A stretch of DNA of 64,000 bases. Source: an uncultured Rhodospirillales bacterium. Lineage in GTDB: Bacteria > Pseudomonadota > Alphaproteobacteria > Acetobacterales > Acetobacteraceae. The DNA lies in assembly GCA_903927465.1 (NCBI GenBank), contig CAIYMY010000029.1, positions 16,275 through 80,274 of the forward strand, written 5' to 3'. The notes under the pieces are model-generated. The model did not search any database, was not told the DNA's origin, and saw only the letters and a list, made by a program, of their open reading frames with translations. This document shows, piece after piece, positions 9,499 to 19,155 of the stretch; positions within the stretch are counted from its first letter, which is position 1, and every line of letters begins with the position of its first letter. The translations under genes and the position numbers were made by a program.

Positions 9499-10555
9499 GC
9501 GCTGCGGCGTAGCGTTCCGCGAAGCGGCCCTTCACTTCCGGGTTGATGATGCGTGGCGGCATTTTGGCGGCGGCACAGGCAGAAAAGGCTTCCGCCGCAA
9601 TGCGTGTGATCATGGACCGACTTTCATGCGTGACCCCCGCGGTGTGCTGCGTGCAGATCACGGCCGGGTGCCACAATAGCGGGTGTTCCTTGGGCGGCGG
9701 TTCCTGTTCCCAAACATCCAAACCGGCTGAGGCCAATTGTCCCGATTCCAGCGCCACCAGCACAGCGTTTTCATCATGGATGGAACCGCGCGCGGTGGTG
9801 ACCAGAATGGCGCCCTTTTTCATGCCGGCCAGCGCCTTGGCATCAATAATGGCGCGGCTTTGTGGCGTAAGCGGGCAATGCACGCTGACGATATCGGATT
9901 GCGCCAGCAATTCGGCCAATTCCACTTTTTCCGCCCCGCGCTTGGCCACCGTTTCGGCATCCACATAAGGGTCATAAGCCAGCACGCGGCAATTGAAGGC
10001 GGCCTTCACAATGGCGGTGGTGCGTGAACCCACATTGCCAATGCCAATCACGCCAACCGTCTTGTCGAGCAGATTATTGCCCATAAATACTTCGCGGCGC
10101 TTGGCTTCCCCGGCGCGCATGGCGGCATGGGTCTGCGGCATTTTCTTGATCAACGCCAGCATCATGCCAACGGCGTGTTCCGCCACGGCTTCGGCATTAC
10201 CGCCGGCCTGGTTCACCAAAAGCACGCCGGCCTTGGTGCAGGAATCCGGGTTGATCGTGTCATATCCCGCACCCTGGGATGCGACCATCAGCAGATTGGG
10301 CAGGCGCTGCAATAGCGCATCATTCACGTGAAACGCCTTGGGCAATTCATCGCGTGAGGCACGGACATAATAGCCATCACAGGTGGCCAGTTCCGCAAGT
10401 GCTGCTTCTTCCCCATTTTCCAGGGAAAGGCGGACCACTTCCAGGGCCGGATCGGCGGTGGCGGTTTCCAGAAAGCTTGGATGCGGCACGCGTTCCAGAT
10501 AGGCGACGCGGAATGGCTTATTGACTGCGGACAAGATTATTTCCCCCTTGCTCAA
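9476..10555 (-). CDS. D-isomer-specific 2-hydroxyacid dehydrogenase (SerA-like, no ACT domain)
   Basis: GAGYD, GIGNVG Rossmann motif, YDPY, TARG, DVWEQEP and QHTAG catalytic Arg/Glu/His; TTG start. Confidence 0.9.
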   Translation of the reverse strand: MSKGEIILSAVNKPFRVAYLERVPHPSFLETATADPALEVVRLSLENGEEAALAELATCDGYYVRASRDELPKAFHVNDALLQRLPNLLMVASQGAGYDTINPDSCTKAGVLLVNQAGGNAEAVAEHAVGMMLALIKKMPQTHAAMRAGEAKRREVFMGNNLLDKTVGVIGIGNVGSRTTAIVKAAFNCRVLAYDPYVDAETVAKRGAEKVELAELLAQSDIVSVHCPLTPQSRAIIDAKALAGMKKGAILVTTARGSIHDENAVLVALESGQLASAGLDVWEQEPPPKEHPLLWHPAVICTQHTAGVTHESRSMITRIAAEAFSACAAAKMPPRIINPEVKGRFAERYAAARGRAITD

Positions 10556-10601
10556 GGCCGGGGATGCTAGACTTGGTTTTGCCGGGGCGCCAGACCGGGG
10601 C

Positions 10602-10919
10602 CTAGCGCCTAACCGTCAACAGATGAGCCACAATATCATCCAGCTCCTCCCGGCTTAGCCGGTAATCCGGCATATTCGCATGCGGTGTGCGCAAATAGGC
10701 GCGCAGCGACATGGAAGTTGTGGAAGGCAGCGCGGCAATGGCGGCGAAGCTTGGCGCGATATCCGTGGCCGGTCCCGGGCCGCCAGGCGCGATGCGGTGG
10801 CAATTGGCGCACCAGGTGGCGGCCAGGCGCTGTCCGGCAATCGGGTCCCCGGGTTCCATCTGCGCCAGCGCCACGCCGGGCAGCGCTGCCAGCACGCATG
10901 TGATCAGCCAATGGCGCAT
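10602..10919 (-). CDS. Small class I c-type cytochrome
   Basis: Signal peptide, CANCH heme motif, distal MP (HANMPDY); AGGAGG RBS. Confidence 0.85.
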   Translation of the reverse strand: MRHWLITCVLAALPGVALAQMEPGDPIAGQRLAATWCANCHRIAPGGPGPATDIAPSFAAIAALPSTTSMSLRAYLRTPHANMPDYRLSREELDDIVAHLLTVRR

Positions 10920-10955
10920 TTTGATCCTCCTGCTTCGGGGGAGCCCGGCCTTGCC

Positions 10956-11705
10956 TCAGGCGAGGTAATTGCCCCCGTTGATGTGATAAACCTGACCCGT
11001 GATCCAGGCGGCTTGATCAGACGCAAGATAGGCCATCAATCCGGCGATTTCTTCGGGCCGCCCCATCCGCCCCAGCGGGATTTGCTGGGCCATGACCGCA
11101 AGCTCCGCTTCACTATTGCCGTAGCGCGGCTGCGCGGTATCGGTCAGGCCCGGTGCGATGGCGTTCACGCGAATGCCCTTGGAAGCAAGCGACAGGGCCA
11201 TGGACCGTGTCATGCCGATAATGCCGGCCTTGGTCGCCGTGTAATGCACCCCAAGCGGTGCCCCCCGGACGGAGGAGGAAGAAAGGTTGATGATCACCCC
11301 CTTGATCCCCGCCGCCACCATGGCGCGCGCCGCCGCCTGGGCGCAAAAGGCGCTGCCCTTCAGGTTCACGGCAATCACTCGGTCCCATTCCGCTTCGGTC
11401 ATTTCCAAAAATTCAACGCGGGGGAAGATGCCGGCATTATTGACCAGCACATCAATGCGCCCGAGTGCGGCGATGGTCTGTTCCACCAGGGCGGCAGCGC
11501 CGGCGGCAGTGCCGACATCGCCCCGGATCAGCGCGGCTTTGCGGCCTGAAGCGCGAATATCGGCTGCCAGGGCTTCGGCTTGGGCCTGGTTATCCAGCCA
11601 GTTGATCGCGACATCATGGCCCGCTGCCGCCAGGGCGCGCGCGGCCGCGGCCCCGATGCCCTGCTGCGCGCCGGTTACCAGCGCCACCCGTGTTTCGTCT
11701 GCCAT
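10956..11705 (-). CDS. Classical SDR oxidoreductase (FabG-like)
   Basis: TGAQQGIG, NNAG, YTATK and VNAIAPG motifs. Confidence 0.9.
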   Translation of the reverse strand: MADETRVALVTGAQQGIGAAAARALAAAGHDVAINWLDNQAQAEALAADIRASGRKAALIRGDVGTAAGAAALVEQTIAALGRIDVLVNNAGIFPRVEFLEMTEAEWDRVIAVNLKGSAFCAQAAARAMVAAGIKGVIINLSSSSVRGAPLGVHYTATKAGIIGMTRSMALSLASKGIRVNAIAPGLTDTAQPRYGNSEAELAVMAQQIPLGRMGRPEEIAGLMAYLASDQAAWITGQVYHINGGNYLA

Positions 11706-11818
11706 GGTCCGAACCCCCTGAAATCAGCGGAAGCCTAGTGCCAAATGCGCCCCCTGTCTTGAGGGCTTGCCCCGGCGCCCGCCCGGTGGCACCCCTTGTC
11801 AGAGAGGGAGGCGGCGCA

Positions 11819-12586
11819 GTGGATATTGCTGGAATGTTCTCGTTGCAGGGGCGCGTGGCGCTGGTGACTGGTGCGTCTGGCGTTTTGGGCGCGCATTTCG
11901 CGCGGGTTCTGCATGGCGCGGGTGCCTCAGTGGCCTTGGCCGCGCGGCGCGAAGCCGCGACAGCAGCGCTGGCCAGCGAATTGGGTGCGCGCGCGGTTTC
12001 TGTGCCTTTGGATGTGACCGCGCCGGAGACCATCCCATTGGCCTTTGCCGCCGCGGAAGCCGCCTTCGGCGCGCCATGCGATATTCTGGTCAATAATGCC
12101 GGCATCGCCGTGACCAAGCCCGCTTTGCAACAAAGCGCTGAGGATTGGGATTCGGTGCTGGATGTAAATTTGCGCGGCTGTTTTCTGGTGGCGCAGGAAG
12201 CCGCCAAGCGCCTGGTGGCGGCGAAGCGCCCGGGCGTGGTGGTGAATATCGCCTCCGTCCTTGGGGAGCGCATCATTCCGGGTGTGGTCGGCTATACCGC
12301 CGCCAAGGCCGGGCTTTTGCACATGACGCGCCATTTGGCGGTGGAATGGGCGCGGCATGGCATTCGGGTGAATGCGATTGCGCCGGGCTATATCGCCACT
12401 GATATCAACCGTGATTACTTCGCCTCCGATTCCGGGCAGGCGATGATCAAACGCATCCCGCAACGCCGGCTTGGCGCTGCCGAGGACCTTACCGGGCCGC
12501 TTTTGCTGCTCGCTTCCGATGCCGGGGCGCATATGACCGGCGCGGTGGTGACAGTGGATGGCGGCCATTCGATCAACCCGCTTTAG
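11819..12586 (+). CDS. SDR oxidoreductase, LvaD-like (putative 4-oxoacyl-CoA reductase)
   Basis: TGASGVLG, NNAG and YTAAK motifs; GAGGGAGG RBS before GTG 11819 (alternative ATG 11834). The LvaD assignment comes from operon context. Confidence 0.85.
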   Translation: MDIAGMFSLQGRVALVTGASGVLGAHFARVLHGAGASVALAARREAATAALASELGARAVSVPLDVTAPETIPLAFAAAEAAFGAPCDILVNNAGIAVTKPALQQSAEDWDSVLDVNLRGCFLVAQEAAKRLVAAKRPGVVVNIASVLGERIIPGVVGYTAAKAGLLHMTRHLAVEWARHGIRVNAIAPGYIATDINRDYFASDSGQAMIKRIPQRRLGAAEDLTGPLLLLASDAGAHMTGAVVTVDGGHSINPL

Positions 12587-12597
12587 GTTTTGCCGCC

Positions 12598-13809
12598 ATG
12601 GAATTCACGCTGCCCCCCGAAATTGATGATATGCGCCGGCGCATTCGTCGCTTTGTTGATGAAAAGCTGATTCCTCTGGAATCCAACCGCGCGAATTTCG
12701 ATGAGCATGAAAACATCGCGCCCCATGTGCTGGCGGAAATGCGCAAGGCCGCAAAGGCGGAAGGGCTTTGGGCTTTGCAAATGCCAAAGCGCCTGGGTGG
12801 CCAGGAATTGCCGCGCATTGGCATGGCCGCTTGTTATGAGGAAATGAATCGCTCCATCTTCGGGCCAGTGGTGTTCAATAGCGCAGCGCCGGATGACGGC
12901 AATATGATGATCCTGGATCGCGTTTTGCCGGAAGCGATGAAGCCGCGCTGGTTGCAGCCGATTGTGAATGGCGAAGTGCAATCCGCCTTCGCCATGACCG
13001 AACCGGATGGCTGCGGTTCTGACCCGAACCTGACCTATACCAAGGCGGAACGCGTCGGCAATGATCGCTGGCGCATCACCGGGCGCAAATGGTTCATCAC
13101 CGGCGCCGGCAATGCGAAGATTTTCATTATTCTGGCGCGTACATCGGATGATCCCCGCAAGGGGCTTTCCGCCTTCCTGTTCAGCGCCGATCAGCCGGGC
13201 TGGAAGATCGTACGCCGCATTCCGATCATGGGGCCGGAAGAACATGGCGGGCATTGCGAATTGGAATTCGACGGGCTGGAAGTCCCGAATGAACACCTTT
13301 TGATGAATGAAGGCGATGGGCTGAAGCTGACGCAAATGCGCCTGGGTGTGGCGCGGTTGACGCATTGCATGCGCTGGCTGGGATTGTCTCGACGTGCTTT
13401 GGAAATTGCCATGGAACGCATCGCGCAACGCGATTCCTTCGGCATGAAGCTGATTGACCGCGAAAGCGTGCAGGGCCTGGTGGGCCAGGCGGCGATGGAA
13501 ATCGAGATTGGCCGGCTGCTGACCATGAAGGCGGCCTGGATTCTGGACCAAGGCGGCTTCGCGCGGAAGGAAGTTTCCATGGCGAAGATTGTGGTCGCGG
13601 ATGCTTTGCAAAAATCCGTGGATACGGCGCTGCAATTGCTGGGCGCGCGCGGCTATTCCAAGGATACGGTGATTGAATGGATGTACCGCTATGCTCGCCA
13701 GGCACGCCTGGTGGATGGCGCATCCGAAGTACATCGCATGGTGTTGGCCAATACATTGCGGGCGGAGGGCTCTTCCTTCTTCGCCTGGGGTCCGCCCAAG
13801 CATGGATGA
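12598..13809 (+). CDS. Acyl-CoA dehydrogenase, LvaC/ACAD10-11-like
   Basis: FAMTEP..GSDP, GRKWFITGA, RLTHCMRWLG, and VDGASEVH with Asp at the position of the usual catalytic Glu. Confidence 0.9.
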   Translation: MEFTLPPEIDDMRRRIRRFVDEKLIPLESNRANFDEHENIAPHVLAEMRKAAKAEGLWALQMPKRLGGQELPRIGMAACYEEMNRSIFGPVVFNSAAPDDGNMMILDRVLPEAMKPRWLQPIVNGEVQSAFAMTEPDGCGSDPNLTYTKAERVGNDRWRITGRKWFITGAGNAKIFIILARTSDDPRKGLSAFLFSADQPGWKIVRRIPIMGPEEHGGHCELEFDGLEVPNEHLLMNEGDGLKLTQMRLGVARLTHCMRWLGLSRRALEIAMERIAQRDSFGMKLIDRESVQGLVGQAAMEIEIGRLLTMKAAWILDQGGFARKEVSMAKIVVADALQKSVDTALQLLGARGYSKDTVIEWMYRYARQARLVDGASEVHRMVLANTLRAEGSSFFAWGPPKHG

Positions 13810-14809
13810 GGCGCGGCGCGCAAAGCTGACGGATTGGCTGCACAGGGCCACCGGCGCGGCGGATGTGAAGCTGGGCGCGATGGCGCTGCTTTCTGGCGGC
13901 GCCATTCAGCAGAATTGGGCGCTTGATGTTGTGTTGGCAGGGCGCGACGAAGCTTGGGTACTGCGCACGGATAATGCCGCGACCTTGGCGGTTTCCTTGC
14001 CTCGATCAGCGGAGTTTGCGCTGTTGAAGGCGGCGTTTGCTGCCGGCGTGACGGTCCCGGCGCCGCTTTATTTGTGTGAGGATACCGGCGTGCTTGGCCC
14101 GCCGTTTTTCATCATGCGTCGCGTGCAGGGCATTGCCGCCGGGCATCGCGTGGTGAAAAGCGAAACGCTTTGCGGCGGACGTGATGCGGCGGTGGCGGCT
14201 TTGGGGCGCGAATTGGCGCGCATTCATCGCATCACGCCGCCGCGCGTGGATTTGGCGTTCTTGGGCACGCCGCCAGATGATGCCTGCCTTGCCTTTGTGG
14301 CCGAGCAGCGCCGTGCTTTGGATCGGCAGGTGCTGCCACGCCCTGTGCTGGAATGGGGGCTGCGGCATCTGGAACGCACCGCGCCGGCGCCTTTGCCGCC
14401 CGTGTTGAACCATAATGATTTTCGCACTGGCAATCTGATGTTGGCGGATAATGGCGTGACGGCGGTGCTGGATTGGGAATTCGCCGCCTGGGGCGATCCA
14501 CATGCGGATCTCGGTTGGTTCTGCGCCAAATGCTGGCGCTTTGGCAGCGCCCATGAGGCGGGCGGTATTGGTGCGCGTGATGCCTTCTATGCTGGCTATG
14601 CTGCGGAAGCGAGCCGCGCGGTGGATGCGGCGCGCGTCATGTGGTGGGAATTGGCCGCGCATATACGCTGGGCGGTGATTGCGATTGACCAGGGAGAACG
14701 GCATCTTTCGGGCAAGGAAACCAGCCTGGAATTGGCACTCACGGGCCATATCGTGCCGGAGCTTGAATGGGAAATCCTGAATATGACGGGGGTGCCCCAT
14801 GCAGCGTGA
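13802..14809 (+). CDS. APH-family phosphotransferase, LvaA/ACAD10-kinase-like
   Basis: LSGGAIQ P-loop-like segment, HNDFRTGNLM catalytic loop and VLDWE Mg-binding motif; ATG 13802 overlaps the ACAD 3' end. Confidence 0.88.
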   Translation: MDEARRAKLTDWLHRATGAADVKLGAMALLSGGAIQQNWALDVVLAGRDEAWVLRTDNAATLAVSLPRSAEFALLKAAFAAGVTVPAPLYLCEDTGVLGPPFFIMRRVQGIAAGHRVVKSETLCGGRDAAVAALGRELARIHRITPPRVDLAFLGTPPDDACLAFVAEQRRALDRQVLPRPVLEWGLRHLERTAPAPLPPVLNHNDFRTGNLMLADNGVTAVLDWEFAAWGDPHADLGWFCAKCWRFGSAHEAGGIGARDAFYAGYAAEASRAVDAARVMWWELAAHIRWAVIAIDQGERHLSGKETSLELALTGHIVPELEWEILNMTGVPHAA

Positions 14810-15158
14810 AGCCCCGGAAGGCCCAAGCCTACTGGCCACGGCGCGTGATGCGCTGTTGCAGGAGATTTTGCCCAAGCTTTCCGGCACGGATGCCTTCACC
14901 ACGCGCATGATCGCCAATGCCATGGCGATTGCAGCGCGAGAGGCCGTACAGAATGGCTCTTGGTTGGAAGAAACACGCGCCACGATGCAGCACCTGACTG
15001 GCGCGACCGAGGCGCCGGATACTGCCTTCGCCGCCGCTATTCGCGCGGGTGCTTTTGATCCGGGTAGCGCGCATTACGCCGAAGCAGCGGCGCTGCTGCG
15101 TGAGGCAGCGCGGATGCGTTGTGCCATCAGCGCGCCGCGGGTTTTGGGAAAGGGCTGA
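14799..15158 (+). CDS. Small helical partner protein (DUF6285/LvaB-like)
   Basis: 119 aa, overlaps the phosphotransferase 3' end; P...LL..AR..L..E.LP.L N-terminus resembles small proteins found beside APH genes. Confidence 0.7.
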   Translation: MQREAPEGPSLLATARDALLQEILPKLSGTDAFTTRMIANAMAIAAREAVQNGSWLEETRATMQHLTGATEAPDTAFAAAIRAGAFDPGSAHYAEAAALLREAARMRCAISAPRVLGKG

Positions 15159-15161
15159 CGC

Positions 15162-16772
15162 ATGCAGGATGATCTGCCGAAAACTGCCGCAAATCACGTA
15201 CCGCTTTCCCCAGTCTCCTTCCTGCCGCGCGCGGCGCATGTCTGGGGCAAGCGCGTGGCCATTATTCATGGCGCGCGGCGCATCACCTATGCGCAGTTTC
15301 TGGACCGCAGCCGGCGCTTGGCTTCTGCGCTAAGTCAGGCGGGTATTGCGCCAGGCGATGTGGTCGCAGCGCTTTTGCCGAATATTCCCGAAATGCTGGA
15401 AGCGCATAACGCCGTGCCCATGGCGCATGCGGTGCTCTGCCCCATTAATACGCGATTGGATGCGCCGACAGTGCGCTTCATCATGGACCATTCCGGCGCA
15501 AAACTTCTGCTGCTGGACCGCGAATTTGCCGCGCTGGTGAATGCCGCGCTGGAAGGCGCAGAAAACCCGCCCCGCATTATCATCATCGATGATCCAGAAG
15601 GCCCAGGTGGCGCCGCAATTGAAGCGACGGCTTATGAGGATTTCATCGCTGGCGGCGATCCTGCCTTTCCAGTGATACCGCCACCGGATGAATGGGCGGC
15701 GATTTCACTTTCCTATACTTCCGGCACCACAGGTGATCCCAAGGGCGTTGTGGTGCATCATCGCGGTGCTTATCTGAATGCTTGCGGTAATGCGCTGTCT
15801 TTTGGGTTGAATGCGCAAAGCGTCTATCTGTGGACGCTACCGATGTTTCATTGCAATGGCTGGACCTATACCTGGGCGGTCACGCTGCAAGGGGGCACAC
15901 ATATCTGCCTGCGCCGTGTGGAGCCCGCGCGGAATTTTGCGCTGATTGCTGAATATGCTGTGACGCATCTTTGCGCCGCGCCGGTGGTGCTGACCATGCT
16001 GATCCATGCACCGGAAGATCAGCGGCGCAGCTTCGCGCATCGTGTAGGGATTGCCACTGGTGGCGCGGCGCCGCCTTCGCCGGTGATTGCGGCCATGGAG
16101 AATCTCGGCTTCGATGTCACGCATCTTTATGGCCTGACGGAGTGCTATGGCCCATCATTGCTTTGCGCCTGGCAGCCGGGCTTGCATGACCTGCCTTTGG
16201 CTGAAAAAGCCGCCTTCATGGCGCGGCAAGGTGTGGCTTTACCGACACTGGAAGAAGCGACGGTGATCAATACTGAAACGGGTACGACTGTGCCGGCAGA
16301 TGGCGCGACAATTGGTGAGATTGCCATTCGCGGCAATACAGTGATGAAGGGTTATTTGCGTAACCCTAAGGCCAATGCAGCGGTTTTTGTAGATGGTTGG
16401 TTCCGCACTGGCGATTTGGGTGTGCTGCACCCCGATGGCTATATCGAAGTCAAGGACCGCGCCAAGGATATTGTGATCTCCGGCGGTGAGAATATTAGCA
16501 GCCTTGAAGTCGAAGAAGCGCTCTATCGCCATCCGGATGTGATGGAAGCAGCGGTGGTGGCACACCCAGATGAAAAATGGGGCGAAGTGCCGCATGCTTT
16601 CATTACGCTGAAGCCGGGTGCTGCCGAGAACCGCGATTCCATTATCGCTTTTTGCCGTGCAAACTTGGCAGGATTTAAAATGCCGCGCCACATCAGTTTC
16701 GGTCCACTGCCGAAAACCGCAACTGGCAAAATCCAGAAATTCGAATTGCGCGCCCGGGTGCGCGGTGGCTGA
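15162..16772 (+). CDS. AMP-forming acyl-CoA synthetase, LvaE-like
   Basis: YTSGTTGDPKG, YGLTE, GWFRTGDLG, KDIVISGGENISS and PKTATGKIQK motifs. Confidence 0.93.
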   Translation: MQDDLPKTAANHVPLSPVSFLPRAAHVWGKRVAIIHGARRITYAQFLDRSRRLASALSQAGIAPGDVVAALLPNIPEMLEAHNAVPMAHAVLCPINTRLDAPTVRFIMDHSGAKLLLLDREFAALVNAALEGAENPPRIIIIDDPEGPGGAAIEATAYEDFIAGGDPAFPVIPPPDEWAAISLSYTSGTTGDPKGVVVHHRGAYLNACGNALSFGLNAQSVYLWTLPMFHCNGWTYTWAVTLQGGTHICLRRVEPARNFALIAEYAVTHLCAAPVVLTMLIHAPEDQRRSFAHRVGIATGGAAPPSPVIAAMENLGFDVTHLYGLTECYGPSLLCAWQPGLHDLPLAEKAAFMARQGVALPTLEEATVINTETGTTVPADGATIGEIAIRGNTVMKGYLRNPKANAAVFVDGWFRTGDLGVLHPDGYIEVKDRAKDIVISGGENISSLEVEEALYRHPDVMEAAVVAHPDEKWGEVPHAFITLKPGAAENRDSIIAFCRANLAGFKMPRHISFGPLPKTATGKIQKFELRARVRGG

Positions 16773-16775
16773 GGC

Positions 16776-18002
16776 ATGATGACAGAAACTCCAAAGCCCG
16801 GTGCGCTGACCGGGCTTCGCGTGATTGACCTGACCCGCGTGGTGGCCGGCCCGCTTTGCGCACAAATGCTGGGCGATCTGGGCGCCGAAATCGTCAAGCT
16901 GGAACGCCAAGGCAATGGCGATGATCTGCGCGCTCTCGGCCCGCCCTTTGTGCCGGGGAGTGATGACAGCACCTATTTCACCTCGCTCAATCGGAACAAA
17001 CGCTCACTCAGTCTGGATTTCACGCAAGCGGAAGGGGCGGCTATCCTGAAGCGCATCGTGGCAAAGGCGGATGTGCTGATTGAGAATTTCCGCACCGGCA
17101 CGCTTGCGCGCTACGGCCTGGGTTATGAGGATTTGCGCGCCATCAATCCGCGGCTGATCTATTGTTCCGTCACGGGTTTCGGGCAGGATGGGCCTTACGC
17201 GCATCGCTCAGGGTATGATTTTGTGGCGCAAGCCATGGCTGGGCTGATGGAAGTGACTGGCGAAGCCGATGGCAAGCCAGGCGGTGGCCCGCAGCGTGTT
17301 GGCGTGCCGGTTGCGGATATGTTCACAGGCTTCGCTGCAACGGTTTCAATCCTGGCCGCGCTCAGGCATCGCGATCAGACCGGTGAGGGGCAATATTGCG
17401 AGGTCTCACTCTATGAGACCATGGTTTCGCTGATGCAGGCGCCAATGACTTCCTGGTTGAATGCCGGCAAGTTGATGCAGCGCACCGGCAATGACGCAGT
17501 GGTAGCGGTGCCTTATGGCGTGTTTCAGGGCTCGGACGCGAAATTCGTCATTGGCGTTTTGAATGATCGCGAATTTATCAGGCTTGCCGCCGCGCTGGGC
17601 CATGCTGACTGGGCGGAGGATGATCGCTTCTGCCGCGCCCGCGACCGTGCCGCCAATCGCGATTTGCTGCTTGGCATGATGCATGATGTGCTGCGCCACA
17701 GGCCACGGGCGGAATGGTTGGCGGTGCTTGAAGATGCCAAGATTACCTCTGGCCCTATCAATACCGCCGCTGATGTGGAAGTCGATCCGCACACCAAGGC
17801 ACGCCGCTTGATTGTGGAAGTGCCGCATCATGCGGGTGGGCGCGTGCGTGTGCCGGCTTCGCCCTTGCGACTGGCCGCGACACCCGTGTCCTATCGCTAC
17901 GGCATCCCCGCACCTGGTGAGCATACGGATGCGGTACTGCGCGAGTTTGCCGATATGACCGAAGAAGAAATCGCCGCGGCACGCGCCGCCGGTGTTTTGT
18001 GA
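16776..18002 (+). CDS. CaiB/BaiF class III CoA-transferase
   Basis: DLTRVVAGP, NRNKRS, ENFR and GYD (catalytic Asp) motifs. Confidence 0.92.
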   Translation: MMTETPKPGALTGLRVIDLTRVVAGPLCAQMLGDLGAEIVKLERQGNGDDLRALGPPFVPGSDDSTYFTSLNRNKRSLSLDFTQAEGAAILKRIVAKADVLIENFRTGTLARYGLGYEDLRAINPRLIYCSVTGFGQDGPYAHRSGYDFVAQAMAGLMEVTGEADGKPGGGPQRVGVPVADMFTGFAATVSILAALRHRDQTGEGQYCEVSLYETMVSLMQAPMTSWLNAGKLMQRTGNDAVVAVPYGVFQGSDAKFVIGVLNDREFIRLAAALGHADWAEDDRFCRARDRAANRDLLLGMMHDVLRHRPRAEWLAVLEDAKITSGPINTAADVEVDPHTKARRLIVEVPHHAGGRVRVPASPLRLAATPVSYRYGIPAPGEHTDAVLREFADMTEEEIAAARAAGVL

Positions 18003-18014
18003 GGGGGCTACACC

Positions 18015-19154
18015 ATGGCTGGTCTTCGTTTTGATTTGCGTGATGCACCCGATGGCGCGGCAGCGCTGCGTGCGGAAGTACGTGAATTTCTCGCTGAACA
18101 CGCACAAAATTTCACGCCGGAAATCCGCGCCCGATCCTGGATGGGGTTTGACCGTGATTTCACGCGCGCTGTCGGCGCCAAGGGTTGGATTGGCATGTGC
18201 TGGCCGCGCGAATTTGGCGGCGCAGAACGCAGCTTTCTGGAACGTAATATCGTGCTGGAAGAAATGCTCGCCGCCGGCGCGCCGGTGGGCGCGCATTGGA
18301 TTGGGGATCGGCAATCCGGCCCGCTAATCCTCAGGCTCGGCACGGAAGACCAAAAGCGCCATTTCCTGCCGCGGATTGCGAGCGGCGAATACGCGTTTTG
18401 TATCGGCTTGTCTGAACCTGATTCGGGGAGTGATCTGGCATCGCTCCGCACCAAGGCAGAAAAGGTGGATGGCGGCTGGAAGCTGAATGGCCGGAAGATT
18501 TGGACCACCTTTGGGCATCTTTGCGATTGGATGATTGCGCTGGTGCGTACCTCTCCCGCACCTGAAGGTGGCGCGCGGCATATTGGGCTTTCACAAGTAC
18601 TGGTGGATTTGCACGCGCCGGGGGTTTCCATTCGCCCGATCCGTGACCTAGTGGGCGAAAAGGGTTTTAACGAAATCACCTTCGATGATGTGATGCTGCC
18701 GGAAGATGCGCTGGTGGGGCAGGAAGGCGCAGGCTGGGCGCAGGCCACCAGCGAATTGGCATTTGAGCGCAGCGGGCCGGATCGGTATTTATCTTCGCAT
18801 CCTTTGCTGGAAGCAGCGATGACAACCCTGAAGCAGGATGGCGCCGCAGCGCCTGCGCTTGGCCGGCAAGTCGCGCGGCTTTGGGCGTTGCGCAACATGT
18901 CAGTGGCGGTGGCCGGCATGTTGGAAGATGGGCAGGACCCGGTGCGCCAAGCGGCTTTGGTCAAGGATTTGGGCAATGATTTCGAACAGGCTTTGCCCAA
19001 TGTAGTGCGTGATCTGATCGCGACGGAGGACATGCCAGAGGATATGCGCCGGATGCATGCCTATCTGACGCAGATTGTACCGACCTTTTCCTTGCGTGGC
19101 GGCACACGGGAAATTATGCGCGGCATTATCGCGCGCGAATTGGGGCTGCGCTGA
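18015..19154 (+). CDS. Acyl-CoA dehydrogenase family protein (larger subunit of a tandem pair)
   Basis: LSEPDSGSDLASLRT, NGRKIWTT, FNEITFDDV and RGGTREI motifs. Confidence 0.9.
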   Translation: MAGLRFDLRDAPDGAAALRAEVREFLAEHAQNFTPEIRARSWMGFDRDFTRAVGAKGWIGMCWPREFGGAERSFLERNIVLEEMLAAGAPVGAHWIGDRQSGPLILRLGTEDQKRHFLPRIASGEYAFCIGLSEPDSGSDLASLRTKAEKVDGGWKLNGRKIWTTFGHLCDWMIALVRTSPAPEGGARHIGLSQVLVDLHAPGVSIRPIRDLVGEKGFNEITFDDVMLPEDALVGQEGAGWAQATSELAFERSGPDRYLSSHPLLEAAMTTLKQDGAAAPALGRQVARLWALRNMSVAVAGMLEDGQDPVRQAALVKDLGNDFEQALPNVVRDLIATEDMPEDMRRMHAYLTQIVPTFSLRGGTREIMRGIIARELGLR

Positions 19155-19155
19155 C

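Noticed and set aside
11787-11801. Possible sigma54 promoter (TGGCAC...TTG) upstream of the lva-like operon
   Set aside because: TGGCACCCCTTGTCA has the wrong spacing and no GC at -12. The opposite-strand candidate TGGCACTAGGCTTCC also lacks the -12 GC.
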